DNA from: a virus
Taxonomy: Duplodnaviria; Caudoviricetes
Strand: one strand, 5' to 3'
Length of the DNA stretch: 64,000 nucleotides
IMG/VR virus record: IMGVR_UViG_3300005656_000005
Coordinates: 1-64,000 of that record
Notes under the pieces: model-generated
What the model was told of the DNA's origin: nothing
Databases searched by the model: none
The model's input: the letters and a program-made list of their open reading frames with translations, nothing else
Translations under genes and position numbers: made by a program
Shown here: piece after piece, positions 48,846-57,922 of the stretch
Layout of the letters: the number at the start of each line of letters is the position of its first letter
How positions within the stretch are numbered: position 1 is the stretch's first letter

Positions 48846-50117
48846 TTATGCTAAAATACTTAATACAATTGGTATGTTCTTTATTAACGCATCTGCTGCT
48901 GTACCTGTTAAATCATTTGAACGTACATAAATGCTATCGGCTGCGTTATATCCTGCTTTAATGAATGACTGTGCTGTTGGGCTTGACTGAATAAAGCTGC
49001 TTGAATTTATCTGTACAAAAGTATTCGCCTCTGTTAATGCTGTATAAGTACCAGATAAAGTACCAATGTATAAACCCGCTGATGTTCTTGTCCATGTAAT
49101 TGTAACCTGATTTAAAGAACTTTCAACTGCGGTAGGGGCATCTGTACTTGATTGATTTAATATTGCTTTATACAGGAATAAATTTGATGAATAATTACCT
49201 ATTACCGGCGTTCCTTCGTTACAATTGCAGGTGCATTGGCAACCCAATAGTTTTTCCAGGTCAGCGATATAATCACTTGGATCTTCACCGCATTGTGCAG
49301 TTAATTTTGCAAGCTGGAATAACCACAAAGCATTTAAGGCTATTGAAGCGGTTTCATCTTTTTGCGCCTGTGAACAATCTGAATTTACTTTTAATTGAAG
49401 TTCTGCAAGTTTGGCCTGTACGCAACATTCATCAATGATGCAGTAGATTATTTTTTCGCATTTTACCTTGTAGTTCACTTTAAAGTAAACGCTGTCACCG
49501 TATGAATAAAGAACACAGGCTGTACCTGTTAATTTGTATTGCCCCTCGTATAATTGAACGCTGAATGAACCCATTACGGTTTCAAGTGGCGATAATCCGC
49601 TTGCTGTTGGGTATTCAAGTGTGAGATCATTAACCTGTGATGAAAATGCTGTTCCTTTATAATTTGGAGGATTATTTAAAAGTACTACCAACTCCCCGGT
49701 GTTACAATCTCCTTTCAATGTAGCATCTAAACAACCGTATTTCCTTGTAGCATTATCGGGGTCTGGAGGACAAATATTTACTGTTTTTGAAATTACCCAT
49801 GTGTCACCGTTTGCATCTGTAAGCCTTACTGCAATGGTATAAGTTCCATATTGATAATTACCTGCGATAAGAGGTATGGCAAAAGAAAAAATAGAAGTCA
49901 TGGGTGGATAAATATCAAACCCTGACGTTATATAATCATTAATGACAACACCAACTGGATTTGTGATCTTTACGCTTGCACCCTGTACATTATCATATCC
50001 CGTTCCGATCCAAACGCTTGGGGTTACATCTACTAAAAAGTTGCCACCGCAAAGGTCAGCTACTATTTTTGAATCAAGCGATGTTACATTAGGACTTCCG
50101 GTTGTTGGAGTTGCCAT
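48846..50117 (-). CDS. Cys-rich structural protein
   Basis: 423 aa, beta-rich, CQCTCNC motif. Confidence 0.6.
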   Translation of the reverse strand: MATPTTGSPNVTSLDSKIVADLCGGNFLVDVTPSVWIGTGYDNVQGASVKITNPVGVVINDYITSGFDIYPPMTSIFSFAIPLIAGNYQYGTYTIAVRLTDANGDTWVISKTVNICPPDPDNATRKYGCLDATLKGDCNTGELVVLLNNPPNYKGTAFSSQVNDLTLEYPTASGLSPLETVMGSFSVQLYEGQYKLTGTACVLYSYGDSVYFKVNYKVKCEKIIYCIIDECCVQAKLAELQLKVNSDCSQAQKDETASIALNALWLFQLAKLTAQCGEDPSDYIADLEKLLGCQCTCNCNEGTPVIGNYSSNLFLYKAILNQSSTDAPTAVESSLNQVTITWTRTSAGLYIGTLSGTYTALTEANTFVQINSSSFIQSSPTAQSFIKAGYNAADSIYVRSNDLTGTAADALIKNIPIVLSILA

Positions 50118-50142
50118 TTTGTTTTATTTTAAATGTAAAAAA

Positions 50143-50196
50143 TGGGCTGCATTACTATTGTCGTTCTACTTGAATTTGCCAATAATAATGCGCCCA
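50143..50196 (-). terminator. Long hairpin with U-tract (terminator or processing site)
   Basis: 17-bp stem with one bulge and one G-U pair on the minus strand, followed by TTTTTT. Confidence 0.6.
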
Positions 50197-50204
50197 CCTG
50201 AAAA

Positions 50205-50381
50205 CTATTTTTTCCCACTAAAACTCATGCGAACTGACGGCTTACCAAAGGAACTCATAGTGGCTGCTCTACCTGATGGAGTATAGCTTCCTTTAGATGC
50301 TTTAGCACTTGATTTCTTTGGAGAATAAGTGTTTCCTGATTTTTTGTTGCTGCCCATGCAGCCGGGGCCTCCCATACACAT
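50205..50381 (-). CDS. 58-aa basic K/S/G-rich protein (not in ORF track)
   Basis: MCMGGPGCMGSNKKSGNTYSPKK...VRMSFSGKK. Confidence 0.7.
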   Translation of the reverse strand: MCMGGPGCMGSNKKSGNTYSPKKSSAKASKGSYTPSGRAATMSSFGKPSVRMSFSGKK

Positions 50382-50399
50382 AATTGTAAATTTTAGTGG

Positions 50400-51341
50400 T
50401 TATGAAACTAATTCTTTTTCTTTAACTTTTTTTGTTGCATCTTTTCTTAAATCATCAAGCAGTAATTTCCCTGCCGGTGATGTTAAAAATTCAATGAAAT
50501 ACCTTTGTCTTTCCATCGGCGTATATTCACTTCCGATTGCTTTTAATTCAATCCAGTTTTCACCTTTTTTCTTTGCTACCTGGCCTTCAACTGCATCAAA
50601 AGACAATACTCCCCGTGAAACCAATGTGCCTACCAATACCTGCACTTCTTCATCAATGGTTGTATCTTCTTTTAAAATATCAGTCATGGCATCATCGGAT
50701 TCATCCATGTAATTCACCAATGCGTTCTGTGCTGCTTCTAAGCTGTCCGGTAATTCATAGAATGTACCGAAAATACGAATAAGCATATCCTGTGCCTGTT
50801 GCAGATTTAAGCCATCAATTTTGTTGGCGGCTTTCAGCCTGTCTTTAAACGCTTTGTTTTCACTTACCACTTCCACATTTTTATCGTACAATTTGAAACA
50901 TGGTCTTGGCACTTCCAAACAGGTTCCTTCAAAACCTTCCATCCACGGGCTTACTTCCAGGTATCTTTGTACGGCAGGGTTATCGGTGGTTAATGTATTG
51001 TGCCGGAATTTCCTGGCATCATATTCCATCTGTGTAAACTTTTCATTTGCCGGAATTTTTTCTTTTTCGATCTGTTCATCCTGATAAGGGGTATTGCTGT
51101 TCAGCTTTAACCTTATGGTTCGGTTCTGTCCTTTTTTCTCATTGGGTATTTTCTGCCCAAATGTTTTGCTTTTCGGATCGTAGTCAATAACCTTTTCTGC
51201 GTTATCCAGAAAGGTCATTTGTAGGTTTGGCTCCCATTGTGGAAGTGTGTTTAACCTTACCCTTTGGTGTTGATTTATCTGTTGATAAATTTGTGCTGTT
51301 GGATGCAGATGCTCCAATAGAACGTAAGTCTTTAATGCCAT
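50400..51341 (-). CDS. Conserved capsid-linked protein (crAss-like gene downstream of MCP)
   Basis: RTIRLKLNSNTPYQDEQ..., NPAVQRYLEVSPW pattern; position after MCP. Confidence 0.55.
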   Translation of the reverse strand: MALKTYVLLEHLHPTAQIYQQINQHQRVRLNTLPQWEPNLQMTFLDNAEKVIDYDPKSKTFGQKIPNEKKGQNRTIRLKLNSNTPYQDEQIEKEKIPANEKFTQMEYDARKFRHNTLTTDNPAVQRYLEVSPWMEGFEGTCLEVPRPCFKLYDKNVEVVSENKAFKDRLKAANKIDGLNLQQAQDMLIRIFGTFYELPDSLEAAQNALVNYMDESDDAMTDILKEDTTIDEEVQVLVGTLVSRGVLSFDAVEGQVAKKKGENWIELKAIGSEYTPMERQRYFIEFLTSPAGKLLLDDLRKDATKKVKEKELVS

Positions 51342-51413
51342 TTTGTTTTTGTTTTAAAAATTATGAACCAACTTTAAATTACGGGCTGATTCGATAACCG
51401 TTTTTATGTTTTT

Positions 51414-51466
51414 AAAAAGAGAGGGGGAAAGCCTTTTTTTCATACGCCAGCCCCCTTTTTCTCTTT
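51414..51466 (-). terminator. Terminator-like hairpin after major capsid gene
   Basis: GGGGG...CCCCC stem with flanking AGAG/CTCT and T run on minus strand. Confidence 0.55.
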
Positions 51467-51481
51467 TATTATTTACTTATT

Positions 51482-52903
51482 TTACAGGCCCATATAACCC
51501 CAAGTGTTCGGGCAATGTACCTCCTGCAAAAATCGACTTTTTATGCTCCACTCTTGCGTTTCGCAACCAGTGCCAAATGTATTCCTTACACCAAGTACAC
51601 CATTGCTATCTGTCATGTTATCCCAAACCCTTCCGTCCATTGATTTGAAATAAACAGTGGTCAGCATTTTGTTGCTGTAGCCATTGCAGGATGTAGTGAT
51701 TGAAGTACGGTTTACGGCTTCTGAATTGTTGCACATTGGAACGAAGATGGCTGAATTTTTAAATACCATGTTCGGGCCACCCAGTAACTTACCATTACTG
51801 AAAGTACATTCTTCATAGATATGAAGTGTCATACCTTCAACTTTGATACCGCAGTATTCCAGGTTAATCCATGCACAATCGTTCAATGGCCTTTCAGAAT
51901 ATTGCAGATTAGCAATACCTACTGAATTTGCCATGCGCTGCCATTGTGAGAATAAAACACCACCCGCAAAGATTGCGTATTCACGGCAAGCAATACCGGC
52001 TGCATCCAGATCCCTTTTCCATGCACGTATATCATCTGTTGTAATTTCAGATGTAGATGCAGGTTGGAATTTGATACCCCTTGCTTTGATGGCAGGAATG
52101 ATACCGAAATTAGGATTCAATAACCTTTCGTAATGCTTACGCATTTCAAAGTCCTTGTACATATCGGCAAGGGCTTTTGTCCACCACTTTTCGATTGTGT
52201 TACCGCAATCATCGGTGAATGGAATTTTAAGGTACTGGCATTTGTTTAAAGCATCACCGCAAAGTGTTCCTTTGTCACCAATGGTAATCATATTCAGATC
52301 ATATACGATTGGTAAATCATCGAAACGGAATTGCCCGGTAGGACAGGCACAATCGGCAATTTCAGAACCGGAAAGAACCAATAACTGATCTCCGGCTGTT
52401 ACTACCTGTGCTGCTCCTGATGTGTTGCGTAAACGCACTGTAATGGTTGTGTCATACCCTGTTGCATGGGTTACGGCAGTTACTACGGCAAGTTCACCGG
52501 ATGGGCTTAAAACGATTGTATTACCTACCTGTGGTAAGTAATAAACGCCACCTACAAACTGGTTTGCATTTGCAAGGGCTATGATGCCGGTTGCTGGATA
52601 TGCACCAATGGTTACGTTTGTTTTTACTGTGATCTGATGAAGCTGTGCATTGTTTTCGATCAAACTGTAAGCGGGGTAGCAATCGGTTTCAAAGTTCATA
52701 AAATCTTCTAACCAGGTACTCATGGTACATTGCTCGATAATATTACAGTTGTATGTTTCCTTGTAAATTTTGTCGGTGTGGATGCGGCCAGCGAAGGCGG
52801 CATCAAAAAAATCTTGTGCTACTGGGGTTCCGACTGTACCCGAAAAGTAGCCTTGCTGATAACCAAGTCCGTTAGGATTGTTGGTGGTTACGATAGCGGC
52901 CAT
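51482..52903 (-). CDS. Major capsid protein
   Basis: 473 aa directly after scaffold-like gene, high-expression codon style, followed by terminator; size matches crAss-like MCP. Confidence 0.8.
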   Translation of the reverse strand: MAAIVTTNNPNGLGYQQGYFSGTVGTPVAQDFFDAAFAGRIHTDKIYKETYNCNIIEQCTMSTWLEDFMNFETDCYPAYSLIENNAQLHQITVKTNVTIGAYPATGIIALANANQFVGGVYYLPQVGNTIVLSPSGELAVVTAVTHATGYDTTITVRLRNTSGAAQVVTAGDQLLVLSGSEIADCACPTGQFRFDDLPIVYDLNMITIGDKGTLCGDALNKCQYLKIPFTDDCGNTIEKWWTKALADMYKDFEMRKHYERLLNPNFGIIPAIKARGIKFQPASTSEITTDDIRAWKRDLDAAGIACREYAIFAGGVLFSQWQRMANSVGIANLQYSERPLNDCAWINLEYCGIKVEGMTLHIYEECTFSNGKLLGGPNMVFKNSAIFVPMCNNSEAVNRTSITTSCNGYSNKMLTTVYFKSMDGRVWDNMTDSNGVLGVRNTFGTGCETQEWSIKSRFLQEVHCPNTWGYMGL

Positions 52904-52947
52904 AATATTTTTAATTTAAAATGTTAGTAAATATTTTAAATTACTAC

Positions 52948-54114
52948 TTATCGCCCCGGATTAAATCTTTGTGGTTGCCCTGCTTTTACAATCTTTCCCG
53001 TACCCTTTGCTTTCTCGGCCTGTGAACTACCGCCCACACCAATAGACTTAGGGTCAACAAATGGAAACACCTTTTTAAATTCTTCAACCTGGCGTGTACC
53101 TCCTTCAAGGTATGCGGTTTTGGCTACTGAATCAAAGGCTTTTGATTTCAAAACAAGTTCGGCAATGTTCTGTAGATTTAATGAGCCGTCTGTTGCGTTA
53201 AATAATAATTCCTTCCTTTTAGCAATGTCCTTTAGGATGTCTTTTGCTTCGGCAACTACTGTTTCAGGGAACTCGTATGCAACCGGGGCTATTTCGGTGT
53301 CGTCCACCTTCCCCAATTCCAAGTTGATTTTACGTTCCAGTTTATTGAAGTGTTCCTCAACATTAGAGGTAAATTCACTTTCTTTCTTGGTGTAAAACTC
53401 CTTCGCTGTAAGTGCTTTTTTAAGATTATCTAAGGTGTCTTTTGCTTCTTCTTGTTTTTCTGCACCTATGGCTTCAAATTTCTTTTTGCCATAGTCAAAC
53501 TTTTTCTGTGCCAATTCCTTTTCCGTTTCATCTTCAATTGCATCAATCTCGGCTTGCTCCAGTTGATAATACCTTTCTTTCTGGATGGCTTTTATTTGTT
53601 CCGGGTCTGTTATACCGGCTTCTTTCAATTGTTGTGTGAGTGCTGCTACTGACAGTTCTGTAAGGTCTGATTCTGCAACTTGCTTTAACAGGGAAAATTG
53701 GGCAATGCTGCCACCGTTTTCAACATAGAGGTCAAGCATCCTTTTTTCAACTTCCTGTTGCTGCTTTACTTTTTGTTCATCGGTAAGTTCTGTTTTCTGT
53801 GGAAACCGTTTTTCGTATTCAGCCTTAATTTCATCATCGGTTAAAGGCTTTGTGGTGTCGGCAATTTGATTTCCTGTGGTGGCTGCTGCCTGTGTGCCTG
53901 TATCTGCTGCGGCAGCTTGTGTATTGGTGTCTGTGGCTTGTGCTGCTGTACCTGTATCGGCTGCTGCTGCTGGCTGCTGTTGGTTTGCTGCCCCTTCTAA
54001 ATTCGGTAAAGGATTGGCTTTAAAACTTGATACGGTTCCTGCTGAAACTATCTTTCCAGTTCCTTTATTTTCTGCATTTTCTGCTGTGGCTGCTGCCTGA
54101 TTTTCACCTTCCAT
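52948..54114 (-). CDS. Capsid scaffolding-like protein
   Basis: Acidic, low-complexity AAADTG N-terminus, long helical body, immediately upstream of MCP. Confidence 0.65.
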   Translation of the reverse strand: MEGENQAAATAENAENKGTGKIVSAGTVSSFKANPLPNLEGAANQQQPAAAADTGTAAQATDTNTQAAAADTGTQAAATTGNQIADTTKPLTDDEIKAEYEKRFPQKTELTDEQKVKQQQEVEKRMLDLYVENGGSIAQFSLLKQVAESDLTELSVAALTQQLKEAGITDPEQIKAIQKERYYQLEQAEIDAIEDETEKELAQKKFDYGKKKFEAIGAEKQEEAKDTLDNLKKALTAKEFYTKKESEFTSNVEEHFNKLERKINLELGKVDDTEIAPVAYEFPETVVAEAKDILKDIAKRKELLFNATDGSLNLQNIAELVLKSKAFDSVAKTAYLEGGTRQVEEFKKVFPFVDPKSIGVGGSSQAEKAKGTGKIVKAGQPQRFNPGR

Positions 54115-54214
54115 AAAATTAATTATTTCGTTATCGGTTAAATTTCCATATAAAATTATATATAAAATAGCCTAAAACTTTGTAGTGTAATATTTTTTAG
54201 GTATTTTTACTACC

Positions 54215-54397
54215 ATGACAGATTGCGAATTACTCCAAATGTTAGCAGACGGTTATACCGTAAAAGAAATCTTCAATGAAAAAGGTATCAATAAAAGAAC
54301 CTTAGAAAAGAGAATACTTATTCTAAGAAAAAGGTGTGATGCCGATACGGTTACAGAATTAGTAGTTAAATATTTCAGATTAAAATTAATAGAATAA
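54215..54397 (+). CDS. LuxR/GerE-type stand-alone HTH regulator
   Basis: LLQMLADGYTVKEI...INKRTLEKRILILRKR...TVTELV; only + strand gene in the late region. Confidence 0.8.
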   Translation: MTDCELLQMLADGYTVKEIFNEKGINKRTLEKRILILRKRCDADTVTELVVKYFRLKLIE

Positions 54398-54423
54398 CTA
54401 ACGCTAATAATAGCATTTAAAGA

Positions 54424-54765
54424 TTAATTCTGCAACTTAGTCAACCACCCTTTTTTATTCTCTTTTATTTCTTCTTTAAGGTTAGATTCTTTTTCAGGTG
54501 GTGCAAATCCCATTTCAATTAATACTTCCTCTGTCTGAATTTCTACGTCCTGTTTTTCTGCTATCTTTTTTTTAAGATATTTCATTAATGGCAATTCCCA
54601 TCTTGGAGGTAAAGGCCGTTTTGTATTTTCCTGCAACCCTCTTAATAAAACACTTCTACCTATGCCCACTTCTTTTTCAATTCTAAAAACAGGGATTCCG
54701 CTTTCAGAAACTAATTGTGAAATCAATGGAATGTTTGCAGGTTTCTTTTTTTTAGTCTTTTCCAT
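54424..54765 (-). CDS. Putative XRE-like HTH protein
   Basis: LVSESGIPVFRIEKEVGIGRSVL resembles an HTH. Confidence 0.5.
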   Translation of the reverse strand: MEKTKKKKPANIPLISQLVSESGIPVFRIEKEVGIGRSVLLRGLQENTKRPLPPRWELPLMKYLKKKIAEKQDVEIQTEEVLIEMGFAPPEKESNLKEEIKENKKGWLTKLQN

Positions 54766-55336
54766 AAATCGGTCTGCCTATAAGATGTGAACTATAATCA
54801 CAGGTCATAAAATTATTGTCGCTTTTACTTCCATCCTGGTAACAAACAAACTTGTCGCAGATCATGTATTTATGAATATTAGCGGTAAGCCCTAAATGCC
54901 TATCAAGATGAATTGATTCAGGTAAAGATAAATAGAAATCGTAAAATGATTCATGTACTATGTAAAGGGTTAAGCTACTGAATAAACTTGTTATCCTATT
55001 ATTTAAAATTGTTCCGGCATAAATCATAGCATGGTAGGTATGAAATTCATCTGGCATTTTTTCTAAAAAATAATCCCATGCAAGTTTGCCATCTGGTGAT
55101 TTAAAGAACAAAATATCATCCTCCGCAATACACACCATTTTGTACCCATTATCTTTTGCATCCTGTACGATTTGCCGGTGGGCTAAATGCACTCCACGTT
55201 TTCTATCGTGCCTATCAATTATACCCTCCCAAAATTTTATGTAAAACCCTTGTTCTTTTGCCTGTTGCTCTGCCTGTGATTTTCTTTCCTCCCGGTGCAT
55301 TAAATTAATCACATTTACTGGCAATTCTTCTGTCAT
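54752..55336 (-). CDS. Glycosyltransferase, GT25-like
   Basis: VINLMHREERK, GVHLAHRQI, IAEDDILF, HIDRH-like LDRHL. Confidence 0.8.
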   Translation of the reverse strand: MTEELPVNVINLMHREERKSQAEQQAKEQGFYIKFWEGIIDRHDRKRGVHLAHRQIVQDAKDNGYKMVCIAEDDILFFKSPDGKLAWDYFLEKMPDEFHTYHAMIYAGTILNNRITSLFSSLTLYIVHESFYDFYLSLPESIHLDRHLGLTANIHKYMICDKFVCYQDGSKSDNNFMTCDYSSHLIGRPIYGKD

Positions 55337-55406
55337 TTTTATATGTTTTACGTCACATTTTGTATTTGTGACAGCATCCTATTGTTTCCACACCTTACCA
55401 CACATC

Positions 55407-55461
55407 AAAGTACTATGTAGTTCAAAGCTAAACTAAGTATAAAGCACTATGTAGTTCAAAG
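55407..55461. repeat. 21-bp direct repeat x2
   Basis: AAAG(T/C)ACTATGTAGTTCAAAG at 55407 and 55441. Confidence 0.85.
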
Positions 55462-55465
55462 TACT

Positions 55466-55732
55466 TTACGATACATTGTTCTTTGGCTTTAAACTGTCTA
55501 TTTTACGGTTTATTTTTTCTATTATTTCATCGTACTCAACATCTGTAAAATCTTTTTCAAAGTACACTTGTAGTTTTGGGAATTTAATGTTATGGTTTGG
55601 GAAGCATAGCCAGTAATAATCAGGCATCATTTTATTGAACGCTTGTATTATTTCAGAAACTCCTTTTCGTTCACCGTTTGATTCATCAAACATGAAGTCA
55701 GGATAGTAGAATAGTGCTATTGGTTTTGCCAT
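55466..55732 (-). CDS. Hypothetical protein
   Basis: 88-aa ORF coupled to GT25. Confidence 0.65.
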   Translation of the reverse strand: MAKPIALFYYPDFMFDESNGERKGVSEIIQAFNKMMPDYYWLCFPNHNIKFPKLQVYFEKDFTDVEYDEIIEKINRKIDSLKPKNNVS

Positions 55733-56364
55733 TATCTGTCTTGTTTTAATTTTTTAACTTCCGATTCATACCTTGTTTCCAAAAACCTACTCCAATCTGT
55801 GAACGCTTTCCCTATGTCTGAATAATCAGGTTTTTGAGTGAACAGCATTGGGTATGAAATGAACACTTTTTTATTGGGTTGAAAATCCCTTACAAGGCAA
55901 TTATCTACCGGCTCATTTATTGTTTTACTACAAACAAATTCCATTGCTTTTTTTGAATATGCAGTAGCATGGGTAGCATACATAATTCTTACTGGCAATA
56001 GATTTTCAGAATGGAATTTTTGTAACCCTGATGCACAGTTACCACCCAAATAAAATAAAGCCCAATCTTCGGGTAGCTGATCTATGCACTTATCCATTGT
56101 TTCATTAAATGTTTGTGCATCTACAAGTGGTAAAATATCATCTTCAAAAACCAGGCATCTTTCACCACCGGCTGCAAGTACTTTTCTAAAATACCTTTGC
56201 ATACTATCTACTAATCCCTGGCATGGGAAATCAGGGTTATCGGTTGCCTTCCATAGTTGATAATTAACCCCAAATAGTTCCATAACTCCTTTTGCTGATT
56301 CTAACCTGTCAGTTCTTTTTTCAAGATTTATAAGGGCTATATGTTTAAAGTAATCATGCCACAT
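55732..56364 (-). CDS. Glycosyltransferase, GT25-like
   Basis: INLEKRTDR, CLVFEDD, WALFYLGG, YATHATAYS, TQKPDYSDI. Confidence 0.85.
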   Translation of the reverse strand: MWHDYFKHIALINLEKRTDRLESAKGVMELFGVNYQLWKATDNPDFPCQGLVDSMQRYFRKVLAAGGERCLVFEDDILPLVDAQTFNETMDKCIDQLPEDWALFYLGGNCASGLQKFHSENLLPVRIMYATHATAYSKKAMEFVCSKTINEPVDNCLVRDFQPNKKVFISYPMLFTQKPDYSDIGKAFTDWSRFLETRYESEVKKLKQDR

Positions 56365-57004
56365 TGCTTTTCTTATTTCGTTTTAGTAATTGATCTCCCC
56401 AACCCCAATGCTCATAAATAAATTCTTCTACAGGTTCATAATCGTACTTGGAAAGATATTCTTCGATCTCTGGTTTTAAAGCACACCCTTCATAAACTTC
56501 TTTTGTATTTGTTTCTAAATATATGGCATCGAAATTATTCAATAAGTCACCAGCACCTTTTAGAACAAATATCTCTGCCCCCTGCGTATCAATAGCAAGC
56601 AACCACCCATCTCCTATTTCTACACCAAGTTCTTTTAATACCGTTTGCAATGTTTTTGTTTTTGTTTCAAAGTGCCTAACATAAGAAACTTCTGGGTGCG
56701 CTGTTTTATGAAAACCAAGTTGCAAGTAAGATGAACTTTGACCTTCATTGTTTGAAACATTAAATACTACATCCTTCCCATCTACTTCTCCTAAACAGGC
56801 ATTAACACCTATCTGAAATGGATACGGTTTAAGGTTTTCTATAAGTTCATTATAAATTTCCTTTACCGCTTCAATCCATATTACTTTTTCAATTCCCAAA
56901 TCTGCATAGGCTTGTCTTTCTTGTCCACTGCTTGAACCGCAATGAACTATGCCTTTAATATTCAGGTTATGGCGTGGCAGTAAATCTTTAAATTCTATTA
57001 GCAT
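56354..57004 (-). CDS. FkbM-family methyltransferase
   Basis: IVHCG, WIEA, FNVSNNEGQSSS, IDTQGAE, YLETN. Confidence 0.85.
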   Translation of the reverse strand: MLIEFKDLLPRHNLNIKGIVHCGSSSGQERQAYADLGIEKVIWIEAVKEIYNELIENLKPYPFQIGVNACLGEVDGKDVVFNVSNNEGQSSSYLQLGFHKTAHPEVSYVRHFETKTKTLQTVLKELGVEIGDGWLLAIDTQGAEIFVLKGAGDLLNNFDAIYLETNTKEVYEGCALKPEIEEYLSKYDYEPVEEFIYEHWGWGDQLLKRNKKSNVA

Positions 57005-57005
57005 C

Positions 57006-57386
57006 TTATTTTATTTTTTTATAGATTTCAACAGTTAAGTAATCAATTAGGTAAGAATAGGCTTCATCACTTTCCTCTACTACCAATTTCATTCCTATTC
57101 TATCCATGACAAATGTTACTGCATGGAATATTTCGTGTTGTAAATTACCATAATCTTTAGGTGTGCCGGTAAATTTAACCAAACGTATTAATGTCTGATT
57201 TGTAGAAAACATTACCGTTCTCCCTTGCACCGTCTTGCTCGTTATTGTTGCCATAGATATATCATCGGCAGATAAATTGTACTTTTTAAAATGCTTATCT
57301 ATTTCTTCGTTAGTTTCCCCAAAAGAAACCATTACATCAAATGGATAAATAACTAATGGTATTATAAAATTTAATTTCTTTTTCAT
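57006..57386 (-). CDS. Phage protein with HExxH motif
   Basis: LQHEIFHAV...DEAYSYL. Confidence 0.6.
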   Translation of the reverse strand: MKKKLNFIIPLVIYPFDVMVSFGETNEEIDKHFKKYNLSADDISMATITSKTVQGRTVMFSTNQTLIRLVKFTGTPKDYGNLQHEIFHAVTFVMDRIGMKLVVEESDEAYSYLIDYLTVEIYKKIK

Positions 57387-57922
57387 TTTTTTATTATTAA
57401 AGCCCCGGCATCTTCCAATTTATTTTCAGGTATCAAATGTATTTCAAGGCCATTGGCTTCTGCAAATTCTTTTACTGCTTGCTTAACCCCGTATGCAGGA
57501 TTTTCATAATCGTGAAACGCCATTACTCCACCCGGAACTAATTTACTCCAATAGGCGGGTATATCCCCACTCACGCCTTCGTATGAATGATTACAGTCAA
57601 CGTATGCCAATCCCAATGTACCATCTTCAATGTAATCAGCCATTTCTACTGATAGTCCACGAAGTACTGTTACATTTTCTTTAAACGGTTCAATTCGTTT
57701 CATGGCATCGTCATAATTTTTATCATGCCAATCCTGGTGGTTGTTTCCATCTCCGGTTATTCCTAATATTTTACCCCAGTTATCAACCATGTATAATTTT
57801 TCTATGCCATTGGTTAAAAGTTCATGGGAGTTATACCCTTCTGCACATCCGATTTCTGCGGCTGTCTTTGGCAATCCTAACTGCTTTAAAAGACTTGGTA
57901 ATTCTCTCCTATAAGTTATCAT
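57383..57922 (-). CDS. Class I SAM methyltransferase (Methyltransf_24-like)
   Basis: AAEIGCAEG, YVDCNHSYEGV..D...W..LVPGG.MAFHDY; start set at MITYRR. Confidence 0.85.
   Translation of the reverse strand: MITYRRELPSLLKQLGLPKTAAEIGCAEGYNSHELLTNGIEKLYMVDNWGKILGITGDGNNHQDWHDKNYDDAMKRIEPFKENVTVLRGLSVEMADYIEDGTLGLAYVDCNHSYEGVSGDIPAYWSKLVPGGVMAFHDYENPAYGVKQAVKEFAEANGLEIHLIPENKLEDAGALIIKK

Noticed and set aside
55407-55461. Possible CRISPR mini-array
   Set aside because: Only two 21-bp copies with a 13-bp gap and no cas genes; no CRISPR array found anywhere in the window.
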